A stretch of DNA of 64,000 nucleotides from Raja brachyura (Eukaryota), in the NCBI GenBank assembly GCA_963514005.1, contig OY740807.1:14570001-14634000 (forward strand), given 5' to 3'. Of this stretch, positions 24,560 to 36,948 are shown in pieces. The notes beneath the pieces were generated by a model. The model saw only the letters and a program-made list of their open reading frames with translations. It did not search any database and had not been told where the DNA came from. Position 1 is the stretch's first letter, and each line of letters opens with the position of its first letter. A program made the translations under genes and the position numbers.

Positions 24560-25500
24560 GAAGAAAGTTACTGTAATGCATTTTGCAGACTGTACATGCT
24601 GCACCAGTGCTGGTGAAAGTGAATGTTTGTGGTGGTTGGTCTCAGATGGAGTTGAGTTTCTTGAATGTTGGAGTTGTAACCAGACTCTGACCTATGGGTC
24701 CAGTCCAGCCTTGTCAATGGTAACTCTAAGGATGTTCAAGGTGAGGAGCGCAATAACGGTAATGCCATTTGATATCATGGAAAGGTGATTGGGCTCTCTC
24801 TTGGGCCTGGTACATTTATGGTGTAAACATTTCATGCCGCTTATCAGCCTCTGATGAATATTGTCTGTGTCTTGCTGCATGCACTCACTGTCTGCCCTAT
24901 CTGCAGAGAAGCTGAGAATAGAATTAAACATGGTGCAATCATCAACGGACATCCCATTTCTGACATGCCAGAAGAAGGGCTAATGATTGAACAGCTGAAG
25001 GTGCTTGGCCCAGGGCACTGTCTTTGGGAACTTCTGGTTATATTCCGGGTGCTGGTTCGAAGGGCCGAAGGACCTACTCCTGCACCTATTTTCTATGTTT
25101 TATCATGGATAATTGAAGTTCAACAACCACAACTGTCTCCCATTTGATTCAGGTTTGAAAACAGCCATGGGAGTGTTTTCCCTGATTCCCACTGTCCAGT
25201 TTAACAGAGTTCTTTGATGTCACACTCAGTCAGATGATGCCAAGAGCAGTCACTTACATCACCTTTATAATTCAGCTGGGGGTTCCACAAAAAGCTGGAG
25301 AAACTCAGCGGGTGCAGCAGCATCTAAGGAGCGAAGGAGATAGGCGACGTTTCGGGTCGAGACCCTTCTTCAGCTCTTATAATTCAGCTCTTTGGTCCAT
25401 ATCTGGACCAAGGGTGTGATGTCTAGAGGCATAGTATAGGCAAAAAACAAACTATGCATTGGTGAACAGGTTATTTGTGAGTAAGCATCTCTTGACAACA
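24560..25500 (-). mobile_element. Old CR1-group LINE (second family) RT fragment
   Basis: Minus ORF MSVDDCTMFNSI...MQQDTDNIHQ (decayed MFADDCT...MQQDLDNIQ); related pieces at ~26560-27010 and ~59300-60330. Confidence 0.65.
25278..25376 (-). mobile_element. Penelope-derived insert with intact minimal hammerhead core
   Basis: The reverse complement of 25346-25373 is CTGAAGAAGGGTCTCGACCCGAAACGTC; 13-bp TSD TTATAATTCAGCT (25265-25277, 25377-25389). Confidence 0.85.
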
Positions 25501-27599
25501 CCTTATGTCACTTTGCTGTCAACTGTGGCCTGCAGTTATCTGTGCTGGATTTCTCTTGTTTTTTTATGAACAGGGTGAACCGTGGAAATTTCCATATGGT
25601 TGTGTAAAATGCAACAACAAAAAAACTATGCAGAAAACATTCTGCCAATTATTTGAGTCTATTCTGCACAGAGCAACGGATGTTGTCAGTCTAACACATG
25701 TCAGTTCTCTTTTCCAAGCCAACAACCTTTGTGTGCAAACTAATCATATTTCAGTAAACTGCAATGTAATCTCTTCCAAACTGATAGTCTTGAATGCTTA
25801 ATTTTCCATATAAGTTAATAAACACAGAAGAAAGCACAACTGTGGTTAGAAAGATGATAATTATTTTTGACTGTCAACTGGATTCCAGATTTGTTTTCTT
25901 CTGATGTTAAGAAAAAATCCTCCATTGTTGATTCCCTTCACTTGGCTTCACCTCTTTCCACCCAGTACACATCAGTGTCAATCTGACTTTCAATGAGAGA
26001 GTAAACAAAATATTCTGCATCTGCTATTAGTTACACAGCTCTCCTCATTTCCATCTCTGTTTCTAGTTGCTGTGACTCCATGATCTGTAAAGTCCCTTGC
26101 TTTTATATATTTCTTACCATCGGGAAGCATTAAATAATCAATTCAAATTTAACACTTTTTCTTAATTTGTCTCTGTTCCAGTAATATTTCATTAGTTTGG
26201 AATCTTTATCTGCTTTGGGCAGCTTGTAGGGTCCAGTATTTATGGCCAGTTTCATCCCACTTTCTCATCAAGTATAAAGATTCCAAACACAGGTAGAGAG
26301 GTGGAGAGACCTCCTGTTCCTAAGCCACTTGGGGATGGCCGCAGTTGTTCACTGTCATTCTGTTAATTTTCAGTCTCGTTTCGTTCTTGGCTTTATTTGT
26401 GAACAGTATTTCCAGCCAGAATGAAGGTGATTGGGTGATTTTCCATTCATCAACCATGCTGTCTTCTTAAAAGTATATTCATGTTTTGAGACATGGTCAT
26501 CACGAACATAGCCTGCATTTATTGCCCATTGCATTGGCCTTGCTATCCTTTTGGTTAGGTTGCTGCCTGTGCTGTTGGCTTGTATCCAACAATGATGCAG
26601 GAATGGCCATTTGCCACCTATTCAGGATGATGTATAACATGGAGAGGAATGGGCAGATCGGGGTATTCCTGTGCACATATTACCCATGTCATCATTTTTG
26701 GTACAGATTGCAGGAGGTGCTGTTGAATAGCCTCTGTTGTTGGTTTGTTGGCGTTGCACTCATCCTGGTAAATCAGGTAAGTCACTCATCTGTACCTTTT
26801 CGATAGCGGAAAAGGTTTGGGATGTCAAGGCTCAAGCCACTCACCACAGAAAACCCAGCCTCTGGTTTATTTGTGTGGCCACAATATCTTTGTGTGGCTG
26901 ACCCAGAAGAGTTCTTGGTCAATAAATACATCAAGGATGTTGGTGGATGACCTGGCCAAAGCCAAGGGTCAGTAATTACTCTCTCTTGTTGAGTTCTGAG
27001 TCAATGTTTTTCTTTGGTCCTAGAGATTAGCTTCATTACGGTGGGAAAACTATGAAGGTGAGGTGAAATAATGTGATGAGAAAGACTGGGACAAAAAGTA
27101 TCTGGGCAATAATATAGCTTTCCTTGGCACTGAAAATTGATCTATTGTGGGCTTGAGAAGCATGAACAGAGATGAATTTTTTAAGGGCAGAGCAGCAGTC
27201 AACATCCATTGTAAGGAACACTTTGTAGACTTCCTCAACTGTGACTCTGCTTTTGACATGAATGCCAGGAAGACAAAAATGTAATAGAATAATGGAAGAC
27301 TAACATTGAATCATTACCATGAGGGAGAAGAATAGGGAAACTAAAGCTTGAAGTTCATGATAGAGAGCAAAATCGAGTCATCAAGAGCAAAATTAATTCA
27401 CATGAGTTTATTGCAACATGCACAAGTACAGGAAGATACAGGTACAATGGAAATCTTGCTTGCAGCAGCAGCAGCGGCACATTGCACCGGAGAATAGGAA
27501 GATTAAACAGCTGTTGGGCTATTAACACAAGCGAGAGCCATGCTGATTACAGAAAGTTCAGAGGGAAAGGAAAAACGAAATAAGTGTGACTCCCGTCTG

Positions 27600-27922
27600 G
27601 CAGAAAATACAGAGGTTTGATAGCATGCACCACCAGACTCCGGAAAGCTTCTTCCCTGTTATCAGGCTTCTAAGCAGTTCTTTCACAAGCTAGGATACTG
27701 TCTAATTCACCTCTACCCCGTGGTGGACATTGGACTTTGTTCATGGAACTGAGGCGTTACAATGCTGAGAACTATATTCAGTATCCTCCCCTTTGGTCTA
27801 CCTATTATATTTGACTTTGGCTAGAATGTATTTATGTATAGTATATCTGATCTGTTTGCATAACATGCAAAACAAAGCTTTTCACTGTATCTCAGTACAG
27901 TGACAATAATAAACCTAAACCT
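27600..27922 (+). mobile_element. Rex1/Babar-like LINE 3' end
   Basis: CACCACCAGACTC...AGCTTCTTCCC..TTATCAGGCT (TTRLR.SFFP.VIRL), ending AATAAACCTAAACCT. Confidence 0.6.
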
Positions 27923-27924
27923 GT

Positions 27925-28900
27925 GGGAAAGCTTGAGAAAAAATCTCCAGTAAACATTAATTGAAATCGAAAAATGTTCTCTAAACGTGTGAGCAAGAAA
28001 AGGACTGTAAGAGGAATAGTGGGCTGAACAAAAAGAGAATGGAATTGTTCTTGTGGAGGCAGAGGCCTGGTTGAGGTACAAAATGAATACATTACATCAA
28101 TCTTCGCTAAGGGAAGATGGAGAGGTTGAAACAGCAAGGAAGAATGAAATTGAATTCTAGATGATATCAAAATTGTTTAGGAGGAGGTACTAAAAAGGCT
28201 AGTTGGACTGAAAGTGGATAAATTACCTGGGTCAAAGTGGATACATCCTAGGCTATTGAGAGAAGTAAGGAGAAATTGCAGAGGCTTTAAATGAAGTCTC
28301 CCAAATGTCAATAGATTTAGGAATGGTGCCCGAGAACTGGAAAACTGTTACACACCTTTTTAAAAAATGGTGGAGTGATACATCCAGTAACAATAAACCA
28401 GACAGTTCACCAAGTGGTGGGGAAAGTTCAAGAAGCAATGACCAGCGAGAGATTCAGCAGTCACTTGGAAAAGTGTGGATTTATTTAATCGAGAAAGTCA
28501 GCATGGATTTGTAAAAGGCAAATTGTGTCAAACTACCTTGACAGAGCTTTTTTGATGATGTAGATCAATGAGGAAAGTGTGGTTACTAGATTTCCAAAAG
28601 ATATTCAATAAAGTGTCACATAGTAAGCTTGTCATCAGGACTGAATGCCATGGAATAAAATGGTCCTTGACAGTATGCACAAAAAATTGGTGAGGTAATG
28701 GAAAACAGACTGCAGGGAAATATATAGTTTGCTCCTAATGGACCATGCTAGGACCACTGCTTTTCTTAAAATGTGGAGGATAACAGATTTAGTCAGGCTA
28801 GTGGTGAGAAATGTGAAGTATTATATTTTGGTAATATGAATTAGAAGAGGACGCAATTTTAAATGGGATACAAGACACAAATGATCTGAGGATTTATATA
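27925..28900 (+). mobile_element. Old CR1 LINE fragment
   Basis: LKVDKLPG...IHPRLLRE...GMVPENWKTVTHLFKK...QHGFVKG; heavily frameshifted. Confidence 0.75.
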
Positions 28901-29020
28901 TGACGTTGCATGGAGCTTTTTTCCCCAAAACAGAAAAAAACACATCCAATTCTTGAAGTGTTATTCATGAATAAGGTGGGAAGTTTGACAATATGGAGCA
29001 AGTTGATCAATCCACTTTAC

Positions 29021-29340
29021 GTCACAGTGGCGCCGCTGTCCAGCTGCCACCTCACACCGCCAGAGACTCGTTTGATCCTGACCTTGGGTGCTGTCTGAGT
29101 GGAGTTTGCACATTATGAGAACAAGTGGGTTTTCTCAGGATGCTCCAGTTTCCTCCCACATCCCAAAGATATTCGGATTCCTAGGTTACTTGACCTCTGA
29201 AAATTGGCACTTGTGGGTAGGGAGTGGATGCAATAATATAAAACTAGTGTAAACAGGTGATCTGGGCCAATGTGGACACGGTGGGCCAAAGGGCCTGGCT
29301 GCTTGCTGTATCTCACAATCAATTTGTTCAATCAATCAAT
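29021..29340 (+). mobile_element. HE1-like SINE
   Basis: GTCACAGTGGCGC...TTTGATCCTGACCTTGGGTGCTGTCTG...core...GGGCCAAAGGGCCTG...TCAA tail. Confidence 0.8.
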
Positions 29341-30094
29341 TAAATTAAATTGTTCCAAACATGATTAGGACTAGGTTTATGAAGTGAGTGAAGCAGAAAT
29401 TCCTCGGCTTGGTCCAAGCTTAAATCCAATGGGTACATTATTGAGAACTTTGTGAGAGTTTACTGTTGCAGAGAGCATCTGTGTAGGTCTGCAGAATTCT
29501 GAGATCTGATGACTATGCAAACAATGATGGATCAATCACCCTTCATAACTGGGCGATCAGGGAAATTAATTTAGAAGATTGTACTAGCCTTCTCCTCAGC
29601 CGATTAAAGCTTTCTTACTTCTGCTCCGGCTCCATCCTTATCTTGAGGAGTGCTCCCCATGAAAAGTCAGCATGATTAATATTTTTGAATTAGGACAGGG
29701 CGCAGGACATTGCAAGCCAGAACATGATAATCCCACTCCTCTCTCAGACTGCGTCATCAGCTGCTGTAGCCATCATTCCTACGCACTGGTCATTGCTGAA
29801 AGTCAAAGCTTTGACCATTAAATATCTTGTTAAATAATTTCATTTTATGTTCAGTTTGCAGAGTGGGTGGGTTTCACATTTCACAAGCCTTCTGGTGGAG
29901 TGGAGGTAATCTGCTTAACAAATGGCAGACAATACAATGGAGATATTCATTTCCATCGACTATCTGTCATAAAATAACATGCAAGCTGTGATTTCCACCG
30001 GCAGTACCACAGGGGTACTGAATACATAATAGTGACAAGAAGGGCCACGTGAATACCCATTTCTAAGGAACCTTTCTCACCACCGCCCCGCCAC

Positions 30095-30800
30095 CCTGGA
30101 ATCAAGGTCAAGTTCAATCCAACATCAGTCATCGAGGTGCAGTATGCAGTCAATGCAGTACTATGCCTGTGGTTAGAGGCGGCGATCCAAGTCATCATTA
30201 GGTTGTTCACTGAAGCAGACAGGAAAATGAGCCTTACATTAGAGATCCGCAAATGTCTTTTACCAACTGGCTCCCACCCTAAAACACCACTCCCAGAAAA
30301 TAAAGCCACATGACAAGACCCCGGAAAATGTGGAACACTACCTACAACAGAGAACTTAGAGCACAGGAAAAGTACCAGCAACTCCACAGGGAAGACAAGC
30401 AAACCAATGCCAGCATCCGCTCTGGCACTCAGTAATTCCAGTTGGTATGCCACAGTACTTGCAAGCTCAATAATAGAAATAGACTCGATAACAAGCTTTG
30501 TCTCAGCAAGGGATTATCAATTTTTTGAACCATCCTGCTAGGTTGCAATGCAGGAGGATTCAAGTAGTTATGAGACACTTGTCTCACAACAAAAAGTTTG
30601 GTTTCAAGCCCCATTGCAGAGATTTGAGCACAAAATCCAATCCAACACTCTGCTGTGGTGAGGTGGATATTCCACACTGCTGGAATTGTCTGTCTTTCAA
30701 TTGAATTATCACAGTTAATTACAAAATAGATCACGGTAGGTTCATAAAGCAGAGCAGGAGTTCTCAGAGGTGGCGGGTACAATATTTTTTTCCATCGACC
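30095..30800 (+). mobile_element. Degenerate RTE-clade LINE (RT C-terminal part)
   Basis: My translation KVKFNPTSVIEVQYAVNAVLCLWLEAAIQVIIRLFTEADRKMSLTLEIRK matches the RTE pattern 'V.ELQYADD....E..LQ.....F.EA....GL.LN..KT'. Confidence 0.65.
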
Positions 30801-31189
30801 AAAGTATCTCTGATCATTTTTAGACTACGGTTTATGTATATTTTAGTGCAAAACTGACTGTATGATCTTTGCTTCAAAAGCATTCCATTGGCTGTAGGAT
30901 GGATTGGGAAAGCTGTTTTATTAATACAGGCACTTTTTGTCATTGTGATCCAATTTGGATAATGGATGTACACTGGTTATCTGGGGGACAGATGTCTGAT
31001 TGGTGCTGCCAGCAGCAAGCGGCACTTGCCAGGTATAAAATACATAGAAATTTAGCACTCTCTCCCCCCACCTCTCCGTTACTGTGTGTATCAAAATGAA
31101 TAGATTAGGCCAAGTTGCTAGGCTCTGTACAAAGGTCTGTGCTGGCAATGCCAAGCACAGGGAATTACACTGCCCCTCCCCACTGTCAA

Positions 31190-31555
31190 CTCCACTCTCT
31201 GGGTCTAAAGGCTGAGGGTCTATCTCACACTGGGAATCGAGCAGGCAACTGAGGCTGCCTTGTTATAGTGCCCGCTCTTCTGATGAGATGCCAGACCAAT
31301 TTTAGAAGCTGCCTCGTCAGCAGGGTGTTGGAGAAACCTCCCGGGGAAAAGCCGGGATTTTTTGCTGTCTTCCTCACAATCTTCCCCATTTAACTAACCT
31401 CACCACAACAACAGATTCATCTCGCAGGCCGTGAGATCTTGCTGGAACAGAACGACCGCTGCGATCACCCACAAAGTATCACGACAGTTGAAAAATAAAT
31501 TCACAGCATGGGCTATTTTGGAGGAAGTGCTACGGCATGATATAAATGCATGTTA
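31190..31555 (+). mobile_element. Ancient Deu-type SINE (SacSINE1/AmnSINE-like)
   Basis: CTTCTGATGAGATG...AACAGATT...GAGATCTTGCTG...GATATAAATGCA: order and 3' end follow the Deu-SINE consensus as I recall it. Confidence 0.6.
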
Positions 31556-32837
31556 ATCTCATCATACATGCAAACACAGGAAACAAGGTGAGTTATGGAA
31601 CAACTTTTATCTCCTTTGTTTTTGCAACTGATTTAGTGCAACATGAAAGTGGTGAATCTGAAAGTGCAGTTATCTGACTAGATATATTTAAATACAATAC
31701 GGTATTTTATCCTTTTTATTTTCAACGCCAGCCTGGCGTTCAGTTTTGCACTTGCTTAGGGCAAAAATAACTGTCTGGCTGAACAGTCGCAGCATAGTAA
31801 CACACCACAGCTGGGTCCAATTACCAGCTACATCCTTGTAATGCCTCTCACTAACAAGGATAATGCGAGTGCGACTGTGAGCCTATGGATGCCGTAAAAG
31901 TTAGGTCAGGCATGTGAGAATAACAAATGAAAATATGAAACTAAAGTGACAGGAAATACAGTAGCATCCATCTTAAATGAAAACATTCTTGTGAGACTGA
32001 GCCACAGTGGCGCCTTAACCCCTCTGTGCTCTGCTGTTTAAATAATTTCTATTTTCAACAGCTAAGAGGTGTGTTATTGATGAGCAAGAGTTAATGGTAG
32101 AAAACATTAATCCATCTAACAATCCACACCGGCAAAGGGAGATATGCAAACTCCACAGTCTCTACGAACCAGAGTCAGATTCAATCTGGGTCTCTAGCTG
32201 TGTGAGGCAGCAGCTCTACCAGCTGCACCACGCATGCAGTAATGGTTGGTATTCAATGTAGAAATGGCAGTTCTATTCATAAAAACAGTACCTGCTCTTC
32301 AAATTAATTTTATGTGAAGTGTTTTGACAAGTTTAAAGAATGATGATTCAATAAACATCAAGGAAGTTAGGTACTTGGGACACTTTCACCCTCCTCCCCT
32401 TTAAAATATATTGCACTGGGAGGGTTGAATTCACTTTTTTTTTTAAATGGACAAAGAATTCTCATTAACTTTTAACATCCTGATGTGTTTTCCCAGTTTA
32501 TGCTTCTTTCAATGTTGGTGTTTGAAGAGTGAGTGATAATGACTTCATCAGGTTTGCAGGATATATCCAGAATGACAGTGTCAGGCATATGAATTAATAT
32601 ACAGTCCCACTGACACAATCTCTGAAGCACTCCGGGTTAATGAGCGTATCTGAAATGTTAATTCAACCCAAGCTCATGAATGAGTTCAGTAATTCCTTCC
32701 TGCCTGGTTTCTTGTCCTTTAGCACTTGTTAAAATAAAAACTAAAATCAAATTTAATTCTAGACATTTGACCAGCACAATTAAAAAAACCGTGAGAACAT
32801 GCCTGATCCTGGACAAAGCTACATTGTATTTTATGTA

Positions 32838-32985
32838 TTCAAGAGAGAGTTAGATATAGCTAATGGAATCAAGGGATATGGGGAGAAAGCAGGAACGGGG
32901 TACTGATTTTGGATGATCAGCCATGATCATATTGAATGGCGGTGCTGGCTCGGATGATGATGGGATGGGATGGGATGGGATGGGA
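32838..32985 (+). mobile_element. CR1 3' end followed by a (GGGAT)n microsatellite
   Basis: TTCAAGAGAGAGTTAGAT...GATCAGCCATGATCATATTGAATGGCGGTGCTGGCTCG (same as 42090-42210), then GGGATGGGAT repeats. Confidence 0.85.
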
Positions 32986-33590
32986 GGGAAGGACAGGGTG
33001 GGGCTGGGTGGTGGAGGGGTTGGGACGGGGTGAGGCGTCAGGGTTCGCTGCTCTACAGGATAGAGATTTCCAAAAGGTTACAACAGAAGATATCCCTCCC
33101 TATCTCATTTTATTGCGACAAACCTTCAAGGCTACAATTTCCAGATTCCACCAACATTGCAACCACCCTCATAAAATCTACCATGTCAAGATCCTGCATG
33201 GGGTCTCTCATTTGTTTCAATTCAGTTTTTCCTCTTTAAACAATCCCCACCATTCAATCTAGTGAATCTTCTCAGTACCGATTTTGTAGCAGGAATAGGG
33301 AGACCAATGCTTTATGCGCTATTTTGAGGGATGGCTTCACCAAGAAATTGCCCAGTGCAGCAAGATTTCCTTACTCCTGCCATTCAACGCTTTGAAACAA
33401 AGCCCAACATTTCATCTGCCTTCCTGCATACTCGTACTGCATGCTAGTTTTCTGTGATGCCATTAGAGAAGGCAAAGAATTCCTTCAAAGAGAGACATGT
33501 GAAAGAAAGGATGACCCTTAATGATCCTGCACCAAAAAAAACTTCTCACTTAAATCAATTGACAGAGGCTTCCATACACGTTGCCCTTTG

Positions 33591-33902
33591 ATTGATTGAT
33601 GTCAAGATACAGCATGGAAATAGGCTACAGCTCAAGGCGACCATCGATTACCTATTTACATCCTAGTTCTGTGTTATCCCACATTTGCATCCAATCCCTA
33701 TAGACTAGGGACAATTTACAGAGGCCAACTAACTTACAAACTACTCGTCTTTGGGAGGTGGTAGGAAATTGGAGCACCCCAAGGAAATCACACAGTCATA
33801 GTGAGATTGTGCAAACCCCACACAAACAGCACCCAAGGACAGGATCAAACCCAGATCTCGAGCCCTGAGAGGCAGCAGCTCTACCTGCTGTGTCACTGTC
33901 CC
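33591..33902 (-). mobile_element. HE1-like SINE
   Basis: Reverse-strand tail, core and tRNA head (CAGGATCAAACCC...GAGGCAGCAGCTCTACC). Confidence 0.8.
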
Positions 33903-35022
33903 GTTACACACACACCAGTTACTCCGAATGGGCCTGTTGCCCCCCTAGTCAGCAGGACTCCAACTTAAGTGGGAAAACCCAAATGAATTTCGGGGTCCAA
34001 CCAATTTCTGGTCCAGCCACTTGAACAATGGCTTTTGGAAGTGGTTTCTGCACTGCTGCTGAGCTTCTGCTACTCAATAGTGTCTGAAAAGTTATTGGTT
34101 CCCTTACTTGACAGGGACAGATATTCCTACCACAATGGACCAGAGTCACTCCACTTTCACAAAATTCCCAACCAGAAAACAATTGTGATCACTGAATGTT
34201 TTTTTTCAACATGCTGCAATAGAAATGTAAGGAGCAGGAACAAGTTATGGAGTCTTTTCAGAATATCCTGCTATTCAAATAGATCATGGATGGTCAGGGG
34301 TCTGCACAAAGAATTTGGGATAAGGAAGGGCATGGGACATGCTTGTGTGTATGTTCACCAAATATTAGCAAATCCATATCCAAATCTGTTCACATGCTTC
34401 TGTTGCTGCTGACCAGCTGTTGTGGGGAGAATGCCTTTGAGATTTGATGCTCAATAGTAGTTGAAAAACTGATGACAACTGCGCCAAATTGAACATATTA
34501 TCATCGAGAGATGCATAAGTACAGTTTCAGTACACATATTATAAGCCAACCTCTTACCAGATTAAACACTTCTTCATGATAATTTCATGATGTATTTTAT
34601 AGGGGACTGAATTCAATGTCAGGGTGAAACCTAACAGCAGTTCCAGAGCACCTTAAATGGGTGAAATATAATTTTTAGTCTGATGCGTTATATTGTTGCT
34701 CTGAAGTCTGCCAGGGTATTTTATTAAATTAAAAATATATATATTATAGCCATAGAATTAGCATCACCTGTCAACTTCAATGCCAATTCACATCCAAATA
34801 ATTCTGGACTGGGTGATCCAGGGGCAGTTTCATTAAAATTCAGTATTTCCTAATAGCACAAATGTTCTTTATGAGCACATGGTTCCAAAAGGGTCAATAA
34901 GTCAGCTGACGACCTGATGAAGTCCATTGAAGACAATCACACCTAACTGAGGAGACCAAGGCAGAAACTGTAAAATGCAATCCACAATCAAAGCATTTGG
35001 ATTTGCACATTATTGATGAAGG

Positions 35023-35248
35023 AGATAGACACTAAATGCTGGAGCACCTCAGTGGGACAGGCAGCATCTCTGGATAGAAAAAATAGGTGACATTTCGGGT
35101 CGGGGCCCTTCTAGAGATTGAAGAAGGGTCTCGACCCAAAACGTCAACCATTCCTTCTATCCAGAGATGCTGCCTGTCCCACTGAATTACTCCAGCATTT
35201 TGTGTCTATCTTTGGTTTAAACCAACATCTGCAATTCCTTCCTACACG
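35023..35248. mobile_element. Palindromic Penelope-derived element with 10-bp TSD
   Basis: Inverted arms of ~90 bp around two degenerate hammerhead cores; TSD TTGATGAAGG at 35013-35022 and 35249-35258. Confidence 0.88.
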
Positions 35249-35597
35249 TTGATGAAGGTGAGTTTTTTTTAGAGTACTGGGCATCAGACAGCAATGGCTG
35301 AAGGCTTCAAGGAATCAGGATAGCAAACTAGTTGCCCAAAAAAGTGACATAATTTATTCTGTAGTGAAGATAGCAGGCCCAATGTTAGTTTAATATAATT
35401 AGTTTTCTTAATACACTGCAATGCAGCCATTTATACTTAACATACCCCTATATTGATTTATACAAGTGGATACTAGTACAGCTGTGACAGCATTACTCTA
35501 AAGTGGGCTGGTCAGCAATCTGCATATATTCGAATTTCAATGATTTCTAAAGAATATTTTTATCTCTTTGGAGAGTATTGCTGTGTGTTTCTCACAT

Positions 35598-36050
35598 ATC
35601 AAGAGTCAAGAGTGTTTCATTATCATATGTACCGAACAATAAAACTCTTACTTGCCACAGCTTTATAGGCCCACTAACACAACAACACACAAGTAAATAT
35701 ATAGTAGTCAATAATACAATAAATTAATAATGGCTAATACTATGTGGCCAGACCATAATAGGTCAAGACAGAAGTACGTAGAACAACTGGAAACACAGTC
35801 CATACATCATAGTAGCTGAGGTTAGTGTTCTATAGTGTTCAAGAACAAGACGGGTGCTGGGAAGAAACTGTTCCTAAATCTAATGGTCATTATTTTCAGA
35901 CTCCTATACATTTCCCCTGATGGGAGTAACAAAACAAGAATGTGGCTAGGGTGGTGCGGTCTTTGATAATAGATCCGTCCGTTGGTACATGCAGAGGTTA
36001 GTACCTGTGATGGACCAGGGAGTGGTTACCTCACTTTGTAGTGTCCGTCG
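35598..36050 (-). mobile_element. Rex1/Babar-like LINE 3' fragment
   Basis: TCAAGAGTCAAGAG tail; GGGAAGAAACTGTTCCT is the reverse complement of RNSFFP. Confidence 0.6.
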
Positions 36051-36657
36051 TTCCTCTAATTCCACAACAGACTATTCTAGGTATTAAAACGCCTTCTATG
36101 AAGAAGCCAGGTCAAAACCAGTTTGTCCATTTTTTCTAAGAACATTGAAAACTCTGAAATGCAATAAAAGCAGACGAATCCCCCAGTCTGCCTAAACCTC
36201 CAGTTATTGTTTGGTTCAAAGTACAGTTTGGAGCTACAGTGATGTTGGCCCTTCTGTTTTATTGCTGACTGAAATCGGACGTAAAGATTGGAAATTAAGG
36301 GAATCAAGGCATACATGGATAAGAAAACCGACTGAAGTAGATCACCCATTGCCTTGCTGGACGGTGGAATAGGCTGAAAGGGCCAGATGGCCTGCTGCAG
36401 GTCAGCCAACATCTGTGGAAAGAGAATGAGTTAATGTTTCAGATCAATGATCCTTCATTGTTCTTGTGTACTGTCGGTAATATGTGTGTGGATTTGGGCA
36501 CAACTTATACTGCTTGACTGAAATCTTATAAATCAAAACATCAAGGGGTTGTAGCTCACGTTTGGTTACTGGTGCTGGCTGGGGTGCTGCAGTAATGTGA
36601 CTTGTCGTACTCCCCCTCCTGATGTTTGTCAATTGAACCAAACGTCTGAAAGAGCAC

Positions 36658-36948
36658 TTTTGTTTTGTTTAGTTTAGAGATACAGCGCGGAAACAGGCCC
36701 TTCGGCCCACCGAGTTCGCACTGACCAGTGATTCCTGCACATTGATGCTATCCTACACACACTCGGGCCAATTTTACAATTGCAATTATACCAAGCCAAT
36801 TAACCTACAAACATGTACGTCTTTGGAGTGTGGGAGGAAACCAACGCACGTCAAGAGAAGAACATACAAACTCCGTTTAGACCAGCACCCCTAGTCAGGA
36901 TCGAACCCGAGTCTGTAAGGCAGCAACTCTATCGCTGCGCCACCGTGC
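36658..36948 (-). mobile_element. HE1-like SINE, nearly full length and young
   Basis: TTTAGTTTAGAGATACAGCGCGGAAACAGGCCCTTCGGCCC tail; CAGGATCGAACCC (B box); CGCTGCGCCACCGTGC (A box). Confidence 0.9.

Noticed and set aside
29947-30782. Minus-strand ORFs of 168 aa and 117 aa
   Set aside because: They are antisense to the decayed RTE element and have no protein-like features.
34905-34940. CTGACGA/CTGATGA hammerhead-like motif
   Set aside because: No stem II followed by GAAA and no NUH site in the right position.
34904-35263. Possible exon ending at AAG|GTGAGT beside the palindromic insertion
   Set aside because: No good upstream acceptor, only short open frames, and no recognisable protein.
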